Shown here: positions 1 to 8,856 of the stretch, piece by piece
Numbering within the stretch: position 1 is the first letter of the stretch
Layout of the letters: every line of letters starts with the position of its first letter
Source: Paramicrosporidium saccamoebae KSL3
Lineage: Eukaryota > Fungi > Cryptomycota
DNA: 32,000 nt
Direction: 5' to 3'
Assembly (NCBI GenBank): GCA_002794465.1
Contig: MTSL01000035.1
Coordinates: forward strand, 1-32,000
Translations under genes and position numbers: made by a program
Notes under the pieces: model-generated
Told to the model about the DNA's origin: nothing
Seen by the model: only the letters and a program-made list of their open reading frames with translations
Databases searched by the model: none

Positions 1-309
1 TAATGTCTGGTCACTTTTGCGAGATGCCTACTAATACGCAAGTAGGTACTTTAAAAATAAACCTTATGCATAGGCCGTTTATTTGTAAGATGTTGTTGTC
101 CCAAGAAAGTTCCGGCTCTGCGCACTCCCAACAGGATCACTTGTTGGAAGGCCGAGTGCTGCGCTTTACGTTCATGGCAGCTAAACCTTTGTAATAATGT
201 GTATGTCATGTGAATCTGAGAAGTCACAAGCATTAAGTGGCAGAGCAATACACCACTTACAACTAGTCAATCAAATACTCCAAGACAGTTGCATATATAA
301 AATGCGGAT

Positions 310-1469
310 TTATTCAAATAGCCTTCCAAGTCCAATCTCTTCGCTGCTCGTTGCTGCAGCGACATCCCATGTCCACCAATCCCATGGCTTCTCGGAAGCG
401 GGACGCATGCGTAAGCCGCGTCCCAAGGTACGGTGCCCACACGTCTTGCAACGGCGGGCGCAACGAAACACGTACCTCAATCCCCTGTAGGGAACTTCCG
501 AGACCACCCATCTCTTCGGAGGCCTATATCCACAAAACCAGCACTCCTCGAGATGCCCTGCCGAGTACCAGTGCTTTAAAGTCAAATCTCTTGCGCACTT
601 GAAACGGTTACTCGGGGGTGCTTGTGCGTCTCCGGATGTGGCCAAATGAGTCTGGACCCAAACATCCCTGGCGTGCTCTTGGACCAAGAAATATCGGAGA
701 AACTTGGCGCGGTCCGTACTCAGACGATGAAGCGCATTCAGTGTCATTTCATGCTTCAAAGCCGGGCAGAGCATACGCATCTTCCAAATGAGACGCACCG
801 CATCCACGAGTTTATCGGCATTCGACTCGATAAAAAGTCCCAAGACGGTCGCACATGCCACGTACCATCCTCGACATTTTGCGGCTTCAGTCGGCTCCAC
901 AAACAACAACAGACCTGCCATCTTCCTGAAGCCGCTTATGTCTCGGTACGTGGCTGCACCCAGGCACGCCGTCTTGAACTCCGCCAGGCTCAGCCCCTGG
1001 CGCTCAATGGAATGCGTCGCGAATGCCCTCTGCAGGGATGAGATTGGTAGGTGTGGGACACAGGATGCATCGACCCCATAGCGGTGGAGTGCGATCTACA
1101 GAATTAGAAACAATCAACTCACCTTGATACTGAGAGGGTGATTTCGAAGGAGGCTTCCTCTATGGTGCCCTCGGGCAACCACATCCCGAGGGCGCGGGAC
1201 CGCCTCCGCTCCTGGAGGCGGTCCCAGAGGTAACAGCACGGTAGCAACAGGAGGGCCAGGCCCGCTAACCCAGCTCCAACTCCATAGGACCACTTCTTGG
1301 CCCCCGCTGCTGCTACCGTGCCCAAAAACATTGACGTCGCGGAGAGTAGGACGCCCCCGAGGGTCACCCAGGGATGGGCGCGGTCACACCTCTTAAAGCC
1401 CAGAAGGCAGGCACCGAGGCCCCCGACAGCGGCAGCAATAACTCCAGTGGCGAGCCGTGTAGTTTCCAT
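310..1469 (-). CDS. Lineage-specific 3-TM plus C-terminal CxxC-x27-CxxC (zinc-ribbon-like) protein, family copy 1; exons 1469-1131 and 1095-310, 374 aa
   Basis: ORFs 1119-1547 (hydrophobic) and 310-921 join in frame through a 35-nt GTATCA...CTAAT...TAG intron (1130-1096). Exon lengths (339 + 786 nt) are identical to the paralog at 21399-22558, and many exon-2 differences are synonymous third-position changes. TATAAATA lies ~36 nt upstream of the ATG. Confidence 0.75.
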
Positions 1470-1504
1470 GCTTGTTGATGTTAAACCCCGGGGCAGAGTC
1501 GCCG

Positions 1505-1512
1505 TATTTATA
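1505..1512 (-). promoter_or_regulatory. TATA box of family copy 1
   Basis: TATAAATA on the minus strand. An equivalent TATA sits at a similar distance from the ATG in both paralogs (20014-20021, 21357-21364). Confidence 0.6.
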
Positions 1513-2590
1513 GGCATCGGAAAGTCTAAATTGGCGCTCTTTCTCAACGAATGAGATTACGCAGATTTCCGTTCCGTACCGCGATCGCAGCATATAATAA
1601 AAATTCCTACCATTTCCTGGACACTGTCAAGAAATGAATGCATGTTCTGTCTTCTGGAACATCAGAGATGAATCACAACAATCAGTTATTGCCGCTAAAC
1701 CAAGCTCGCCGATGCCCAGAATATCGTTGTTTGCAAATGGCCGTCAATTCACAGGATGAAGCTTCAATCTCCTCATAATAGACGAGAATTAGAGTTGTCA
1801 ATAGCATGCTTTAGATTGTCCGCCAGTGTATTCCATGTCACCGGGCCAATTTCGCATTTTTGTGTATGAATTCATTCCCCGTCACTTTGGCTGTATTTAG
1901 GGCCCCACTGTGCTTTCGTTGACCCAATTATGCACTCGCCTACCTTGTTACGCTAGCCAACAATCTTTCAGTAGGCATTACAGCGACTGGGTAACACTTT
2001 GGCAAGTCCAGACGCTTCACGAAAGCTTGACTTTGGCTTGCGGTCCCGTTTCATGCAACAACCTTTTTTTCGGGTTCGAATTGCAAAGCCAGCATTGGAA
2101 CCATAAGCGCCACAAATGAACAGTAGTGACGACTCATGAGCACGGGTTATGGCTCTCCAGCTGGACTGTGGGTGATTCACAGGAGCCTCGACAATGGGGA
2201 AGTCTTGCTATGACTCATGGATTGTAAACGCCTTTACGAGCAGCCGAATCGTTCAAAATTAACAAGCTAGTCCTTATCTTTGCATTACATGTTCACAGCA
2301 ATGGTATATTAAACACTCCAGTTCGCCCCATATGTCCAAGCCACATTATATTAAAGGCCTCATTAGCAATTATAAAACCGCATCCGCCAATGATTGATGG
2401 CCTCCATCCATATAGTTACCTGTGATGCGAGCACGGTTAGGCTTGAAAAGATCATCTTACATACTATGGTTCTGTATTGCGAGACCATTGGCCACACACG
2501 CATAAATATATATGCCTATAAGCATTCGCACCTACCTACACACTCGCCTCCTCCTTCACGCTCGCACCGACACTTGCTTACATATATGGT

Positions 2591-4207
2591 TTAGTGAATA
2601 AAAGGCAGTTTGACAAATCCTAATCCAAGCAAAAGTGCACAGGGAAGGTACAACATGTACACGGTGAGAAGGACAAAGCCAAAGTTGCGGGGTATCATAA
2701 AGTCAAACTTGAACGGAACAAGAATCAACAGGGACAGGATGACAATTGCCAGAACGACAAGTGCAAAGTAAATGTCGAACCGTAGGGATGACACCAAAAC
2801 ACTGTGGTGGGGGTTTTGCAATGCGGCAACCAAGAAGCCAGCCCCTATGGTCAAAAGCACATTTTGCACGGGGCCAGAAAGAATTGCCGTTACAGCCGTC
2901 TCAAAGGCACCGTTTTTAGCAATTGCAATATCGGCCACCAGGTCCCCAAAGGAATTTCCCCATGCCAGGACAAGGATGCCCATGACAGTAGGGGAAACTC
3001 CCAGGAATGCTCCAGTGGACGACAGACAGGACACCAACTCACTGCTGGTGGCGTAAATCCAAAGGATACAGGTGCAGAAAGAGTACAATACATGCAGTGG
3101 GAATAGCTTTGACCGAGCCCCCCAAGAGGTGGAGAGCCAGAGAGCAATGGACAAGCCAAGCGACGTGGCTCCGTAGATGGACCAGATGTACCAAGGAATT
3201 TCCAAAAGGGGGGGTCCCAGTAATAGTATATACAAAAGGAGAGATAGGGGAGGGTTCACTACACAACGAAGCCTATGAAGGAAGCGCAGGGAAACCCACT
3301 GGCGGTGGTCAGGATGGTCTTCGGGGATTTCAAGAGGCAGGATTGTACAGTTCAAAATAAGACTGATCGGTGCCTTTATGGCTAACAGTAGTAGTCGAAG
3401 GACTGTTTGAGCGGTCGAGCTATTCCAGGTGTCATCCCAACAGGTAATTCTCAGCGAGTACCCGAATCGGCGAAGCAAGGAAAGTTGCCTACAGCCTTCA
3501 AGAACCTTTTGACGAGCTTCCACATTCTCCAAGCTCATTGAAGCAAGTGACAAGGAAACACGCCGATCTCTTGGCTTTTTAAAGTGCACCGCAATGGAGA
3601 CGCCTAGATACACAAAATAGATTCCAACAAAGGTTAATGGAAGCCAAAACGGAATCGTCCTCATAAATGCAAGCAGCGCGAGTAATACAACACACACAAA
3701 GTACATGCCTGTGCTCCGAAGGAACGAAAAGGGATCCACAGAGTGGCTAATATCAAGGCACCGGAATAGCCCAGTATCAATTTCTGGCAACGGCGCCGAT
3801 TCCTCGGGCTTACCGTCTGGCCTAATAGTAGTCCTTCCCTGACCTGGCCGCCTTGCCACAAGCAGGACAAGACCAAATATAACAGTTACAATAAAGAGCC
3901 CTGACCCGACACTGCTTCCCAAAATCATTTCGGGCTCGTCACCCGCTCCAAAGACAGCAGTGAAAAAGTCTGGAGCTCCATTTCCAAAGGCCAAAAGCGT
4001 CAAGCCAGCCATATCGGGGGAGAGGCGACAGAGCTGAGACAAGTGTTCCAACGCCCAGGTAAAGTGGCGGTCGGCAATCGCGTACATTGAGTAGAACAAG
4101 GCCACTATCCACACCAAAATGAGGACGTAGAATAGCCACCGCCAGTTTTCAGAGAACAACTGATGCAGATACTCATAGGGAACCAGGAAGCCTGACTCAT
4201 TTCCCAT
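2591..4207 (-). CDS. Cation/Ca2+ exchanger, CCX/NCLX-like (Na_Ca_ex superfamily), 538 aa
   Basis: Two alpha repeats, AGLTLLAFGNGAPDFF and GILVLAWGNSFGDLVAD, plus two clusters of TM helices. Single ORF. Confidence 0.9.
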   Translation of the reverse strand: MGNESGFLVPYEYLHQLFSENWRWLFYVLILVWIVALFYSMYAIADRHFTWALEHLSQLCRLSPDMAGLTLLAFGNGAPDFFTAVFGAGDEPEMILGSSVGSGLFIVTVIFGLVLLVARRPGQGRTTIRPDGKPEESAPLPEIDTGLFRCLDISHSVDPFSFLRSTGMYFVCVVLLALLAFMRTIPFWLPLTFVGIYFVYLGVSIAVHFKKPRDRRVSLSLASMSLENVEARQKVLEGCRQLSLLRRFGYSLRITCWDDTWNSSTAQTVLRLLLLAIKAPISLILNCTILPLEIPEDHPDHRQWVSLRFLHRLRCVVNPPLSLLLYILLLGPPLLEIPWYIWSIYGATSLGLSIALWLSTSWGARSKLFPLHVLYSFCTCILWIYATSSELVSCLSSTGAFLGVSPTVMGILVLAWGNSFGDLVADIAIAKNGAFETAVTAILSGPVQNVLLTIGAGFLVAALQNPHHSVLVSSLRFDIYFALVVLAIVILSLLILVPFKFDFMIPRNFGFVLLTVYMLYLPCALLLGLGFVKLPFIH

Positions 4208-4450
4208 TTTGGACCAGGCCTTGGTACGAGTCGCTTAATTACTCTTGAAATTTATATAAGCATAAAGCCACTCTCCCTACTAGTACATATAAATATCCCA
4301 TTACATTACATCATACTGTACGGAACGGATGATATTAGTTTCTACATACCAAGATTCCTTGTTTATTTTAGTCCCACTCTGATTGGTCGCTTAAATTGGG
4401 ATTGCGATATCTCGACCAGTTGAAAGGCGGTAGCGCTCCAACCTAGCACG
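4208..4450. promoter_or_regulatory. 243-bp bidirectional promoter region between the CCX exchanger and calcineurin A
   Basis: Divergent ATGs at 4207 (-) and 4451 (+). TATATAAA on minus (4251-4258), TATAAATA on plus (4288-4295), inverted CCAAT near 4382. Confidence 0.6.
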
Positions 4451-6040
4451 ATGGATAGCAAGCCTCAGAATCAATACAAGTTGGAAGACGGGACCATAGT
4501 CTCAACTACGGAACGCTTCTGCCAAGGTAATGGGTGTTGCATGAGACTGAATATTGTAGAAGTGCCGGAAGTGGCGACCGCGGTACCGTCCGATGAGCAG
4601 CTCTTTCCGAATGGAGGTGCACCGGATGCAAAGTTTCTGAGGCATCACTTTTTCCAAGAAGGGAAGCTGACAAATGAGCAGACTCTCAAATTGATAGAGG
4701 ATGGCACCAGGATCCTCCGGTCGGAGCCGAATTTGCTGCGGACCGACGCGCCAATTACCGTGTGTGGGGATATCCATGGTCAGTATTTTGATCTTTTAAA
4801 GCTATTCGACATTTCTGGGGGCGAGCCTCCCGCTCACAAGTACATCTTCCTGGGGGACTATGTCGATCGCGGCTATTTCTCCCTGGAATGCTACCTGTAT
4901 CTTCTGGCTCTCAAAATCAATTACCCTGACCAGATTTACATGCTGCGGGGGAACCATGAATGTCGACACTTGACAAAACATTTCACATTCAAACTCGAGT
5001 GCACCTTCAAGTACGGCGAAGCCATTTACGATGCCTGCATGACCTCGTTTGACAGTTTGCCCATTGCTGCAGTAGTAAACAAGCAATTCTTCTGTGTTCA
5101 CGGCGGAATCTCTCCATCACTAAAGACACCCGATGACGTCAATTCGTTTGATCGTTTCAGAGAGCCACCGAAAAGTGGAATAATGTGCGATCTGCTCTGG
5201 ACTGATCCGACAGAAGACTATGGCACCGAGGACCATGATGACGAATTTGTTCACAATGGTGCTCGTGGATGTTCATACCGTTATAGCTACAAGGCAGTGT
5301 GTAATTTCATCTCACGCAACCATCTCCTCTCTGTCATTCGTGGCCACGAAGCTCAAGATGCTGGTTTTAGATTATATAGGCAAGCCGAGCAGAGCGAGTT
5401 TCCGTCGCTGATTACCCTCTTTAGCGCAGCAAACTATGTCGACGTCTACAATAACAAGGGTGCCGTGATGAAATATGATGGCAAGGTAATGAACATTCGT
5501 CAGTTCAACTGTGCCCCTCATCCGTATTTTCTCCCAAAATTCATGAACGTCTTTGACTGGTCCCTCCCCTTTGTTGGCGAAAAGATTGCAGACCTACTCA
5601 TGGCAGTGCTCAATGTCCCCAGTCTAAACATGAAGCTGGCAACTCTGTCGGATGATCAACGCACTCAGCTAGAAAGGGAAAAGAAGATTAAAATGGATGT
5701 CATCAAGAGCAAGATTCGGGCCATTGGAAGAGTAAACAAAATGTTTGCCACAGTCCGAGATGAGCGTGAGACTCTAACTGAGCTGATGAATGTGATGGGA
5801 ACAACGATTGTCCCTGCTTCATACCTCACTCTTGGCCATGAGGATTTGCGAAAAGCTATTCGTTCATTCGAGCAAGCAAGGAGGAGTGACAGCATTAATG
5901 AAATGCTTCCACCCGACGACGACACTGGCAGCGTCATTTCTCTTGCCCTCAGTGATTCCAGCTCGACAAAGATGAATATTGATCAGCAAAACGCGCCGCA
6001 TGTGGAGAGTCCAACACCACAAATACAGGGCCGAGAATAA
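4451..6040 (+). CDS. CNA1: Calcineurin A (PP2B catalytic subunit); intron 4527-4559; 518 aa
   Basis: GDIHGQ, FLGDYVDRG and LRGNHE phosphatase motifs; HPYFLPKFMNVFDWSLPFVGEK CnB-binding helix; KSKIRAIGRV CaM-binding region; SFEQARRSDSINEMLPP autoinhibitory domain. A 33-nt in-frame GTAATG...TAG intron restores CQEVP. Confidence 0.97.
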   Translation: MDSKPQNQYKLEDGTIVSTTERFCQGNGCCMRLNIVEVPEVATAVPSDEQLFPNGGAPDAKFLRHHFFQEGKLTNEQTLKLIEDGTRILRSEPNLLRTDAPITVCGDIHGQYFDLLKLFDISGGEPPAHKYIFLGDYVDRGYFSLECYLYLLALKINYPDQIYMLRGNHECRHLTKHFTFKLECTFKYGEAIYDACMTSFDSLPIAAVVNKQFFCVHGGISPSLKTPDDVNSFDRFREPPKSGIMCDLLWTDPTEDYGTEDHDDEFVHNGARGCSYRYSYKAVCNFISRNHLLSVIRGHEAQDAGFRLYRQAEQSEFPSLITLFSAANYVDVYNNKGAVMKYDGKVMNIRQFNCAPHPYFLPKFMNVFDWSLPFVGEKIADLLMAVLNVPSLNMKLATLSDDQRTQLEREKKIKMDVIKSKIRAIGRVNKMFATVRDERETLTELMNVMGTTIVPASYLTLGHEDLRKAIRSFEQARRSDSINEMLPPDDDTGSVISLALSDSSSTKMNIDQQNAPHVESPTPQIQGRE

Positions 6041-6217
6041 AGACTTTATGTATTAGAGTGCGAGGTTTACGGTCCCATAGTAAGGAAATTACCATGGATT
6101 CTTCCCCCATCACGCCACATGATCACTTTACTACTTTACACACTGCGCGCCTTGTCTATTCCTCACGTCCCTCCAGTCTTACCCCCCTTCCCGTAATCTC
6201 GAAATCTTACATTTATC

Positions 6218-7090
6218 TCATGTTATAAGTAAATCTAACAGATCAGCAGATCTGGTCTTTTGAAGGAATCCTGCAAACAAATCCCGAACCTTATCGTTCA
6301 CTATTTCACACGCGCTAAAGGGCTGTAAAAGAATGCAAATGTCACCCAACTCTGGCCTTTTGATGGTAAAGTCAAAAGAGCTGGAGCAAATGACAAAGAG
6401 TTCTGGTCGTTTCCGCACCGCTTCCAAGAGGGTTCCATATAGTAGCTTTGAAATTTGAGAAATCTGTGCTTTAAACAAGGATAGCTCCCGATCGTCTTGC
6501 AGTGAGGGAAGGGGAAGAGTTCCTCCGTTCACAGTCAGCATCATCAACTCGCTTATCCTTGGAATCATAATCTGTCCGTTGCAGTCAATCACTCCGGTCA
6601 ACTGAAGAGGAGACTTTGGGTAAACTGGATGCAGAATTTGACTGATGCCCGCATCAACCAGCCAGTTGTCTCGATTGCGAGTCAATCTCCAACCACCAGA
6701 TTTGAGGGGGATAACATTACTAGTCAAGAACTTTTCCTGCGACACAAGAGAATCCCTTAATCGTGCGGCTTCCTTACGCAGGGTTTCGGCAACTTTGGCT
6801 ACATCTGGGCGGCATTTTGTCATAGCAACTGGGGGGACGCTGGCAGTCGGGATTTCGACAGTAGATAGCGGGCCGCTGGAACTGACGCCATCGAGAACAT
6901 CCAGAATTACCCGCATCTCTCCATAAACGGCACTAACGATGAGTAAAAATACGGTACAAGCATCGCACTTGATTAACGTCATGAATTTCGAGAATTCAAA
7001 ATTACTCTCATTGGGCTTCTCATCCTCTGCAGCAAGCCTTTTCCATACATTTCCCATAAACTCGTCCACTTCGCTAAGAGATAATGACAT
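6218..7090 (-). CDS. Mediator subunit Med17/Srb4-like, short (~278 aa); intron 6968-6933
   Basis: After removing a 36-nt GTGCGA...TAG intron, NAVYGEMRVILDVL and AETLRKEAARLRDSLVSQEKFL...GWRL resemble my recollection of the Med17 N-terminal helices. Divergent sequence; not searched. Confidence 0.55.
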   Translation of the reverse strand: MSLSLSEVDEFMGNVWKRLAAEDEKPNESNFEFSKFMTLIKCDACTVFLLIVSAVYGEMRVILDVLDGVSSSGPLSTVEIPTASVPPVAMTKCRPDVAKVAETLRKEAARLRDSLVSQEKFLTSNVIPLKSGGWRLTRNRDNWLVDAGISQILHPVYPKSPLQLTGVIDCNGQIMIPRISELMMLTVNGGTLPLPSLQDDRELSLFKAQISQISKLLYGTLLEAVRKRPELFVICSSSFDFTIKRPELGDICILLQPFSACEIVNDKVRDLFAGFLQKTRSADLLDLLIT

Positions 7091-7177
7091 CAACTTTGTA
7101 TGTACGATATTTCCACCGCCTCCCCGTTCTCATCATAATGGGATAGCATATACGAAAGTGAATATTCGTATCTTTTC

Positions 7178-8532
7178 ATGAGTAAACTTGTCCAAGTGTG
7201 GGAGAGCAGCTATACGTTCACTGAAGATGAGCTGGGATTTTTTGCGCAATCTCAAAAAGACTTATCGCAGCCCTTTATCCTGCCGAGTGTAAGGAAAATT
7301 AAACCCGGCCCTAAGTGTAGCCCACCATTGATGCCGAATCATGCTGGGTGGAAGACGAGACTCGGTGCAGTGTCCAAACGTTTGTGACACTATCTGACGA
7401 GATTGGTCCAGAGGCCATGTACACTGTGACTCCAAGTAACCTTGCAGGCAGCTCCAACAAAAGCTTCAAGAGCGTGTACAGGGTGCAGAATCGCTGATTA
7501 ATGTTTTGGAATTGCTCGGAAAAAGAGTGCTCGAACTCCAAGATTCCCACGAAAAGGTCAAGTCGAAATCCTTGGTAATGCAGAGTCTATGGGATGGCCT
7601 TGTAACCAAGCAGGTAGCTTGCAGCGTGACACCTGATTCAGTAGACTGAATTTACTCGAGTCTTGGACAATTTAAAGGCGATTCTTGATCCATACACTGA
7701 CTATGAGATGCTGCACAAGATTCTATTGCCAAAAGAAGGCCAGGATTGCCTGTCAGCGGGTTTTTGCGAGTCTTTTCAAAAGGCCGTAAACTATTTTGAA
7801 AATCTAGCCAAACGAGTACCCCCCATAAAGTAGAGCTAACCTGTTCATTTTAGCCAGACCATTTGGATTCCACACTGTATGCCCAACGATACCAAAATTT
7901 GATTGCCTTTGGGACCAAATCTTTAATCAGCGCTATAACTATGGAATTTGACAATGTCACAAAAGCGTCTAGTCTACGATTCCGAGAGGCAAAGCTGGCT
8001 ATACTTGCCGATGTGAATGCAGATTTCCTAGTGTCCGTTTTAAAGCTATCAGTGGCCGTTCAAGTCCTCGGGAATTGTGGAGATGTTGTCAAGGAATGTG
8101 CCGACGGAATAGTCCAGGTGGCAAACCGATACTTTGCAAGTAGATCATCCCTGCTTCACTTTTTCTTTACTAATTATCCGGTTGATGAATCAAGTCCATC
8201 CATGGCCATTTGCGCCTTGATCGAAATGATGAATCACGTCTTGAGAGAGGAGCGATCTATTGCTGAACGCCTCTTTGGCCCATTGCTGCCATCCTTCTCG
8301 ATCCAATACAAGTAGGGAATGGTAGTCTATTCTCATGTTTAGGCAATTCGTAGAGTCATTCCTCTTGCCCGTATTGAAGCGCATCCGGGAAATTTACGAA
8401 TCCGCCTCGGAAGGAGATGCCAAAACCGTTGCTCTTGAAGCAATCTCCAAATTGCGCGCTCCCAGAGCACTCAATGATGACCAACGCCGCATCCTTAATG
8501 TCCTTCAAGAGTACTTTAATCATAATGGATAA
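7178..8532 (+). CDS. COG3: COG3/Sec34-like tethering subunit, ~397 aa; introns 7289-7320, 7419-7447, 7614-7644, 7816-7853, 8312-8342
   Basis: Six exons joined by GT-AG introns of 29-38 nt give one 1194-nt frame. LQDSHEKVKSKSLVMQSLWDGLVTKQTEF...PDHLDSTLYAQRYQNL matches the Sec34-domain pattern (coiled coil, then HPxFKDxxxYxxKFxQ-like). Confidence 0.7.
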
Positions 8533-8600
8533 ACTATAAATGATCAAAAAATATCAATCAATCACATATGTGTCGTGTGGTGAAAAGAGACAAAGTGAGG

Positions 8601-8686
8601 CGAAAAGAGGTAAAAAGTGGCAAAAAGTGGTAAAAAGCGGCAAAAAGTGGCAAAAAGTGGCAAAAAGTGGTAAAAAGTGGCAAAAG
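8601..8686. repeat. Tandem 10-bp repeat (C/T)AAAAAG(T/C)GG, ~8.5 copies
   Basis: Directly visible units at 8601, 8611, 8621 ... 8681, lying between two convergent genes. Confidence 0.95.
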
Positions 8687-8738
8687 AAGTCGTGTTCATT
8701 GTTAATCGACCGACATAATTCGAGCGAGACGAAAACTT

Positions 8739-8773
8739 GCTAACTGTTAACTGCTAACTGCTAACTGCTCACT
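8739..8773. repeat. Tandem 7-bp repeat GCTAACT, 5 degenerate copies
   Basis: gctaact gttaact gctaact gctaact gctcact. Confidence 0.9.
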
Positions 8774-8856
8774 GTTCTCGGATACCCAACTAACCAATCC
8801 TCTATATCACAAACAGGAATCAAATTAATGGAATTACTTTCGTTATTTAACAAAAG

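Noticed and set aside
2225-2250. GCCTTTAC resembling U5 snRNA loop 1
   Set aside because: One U short of GCCUUUUAC, with no flanking stem or Sm site.
1566-4329. 12-mer GTACGGAACGGA shared by the copy-1 promoter (minus) and the CCX/CNA promoter (plus)
   Set aside because: A few 12-mer matches are expected by chance among ~7 kb of non-coding sequence on both strands.
8540-8743. 67-aa ORF KKWQKVAKSG...
   Set aside because: Translation of the 10-bp repeat; no evidence it is a gene.
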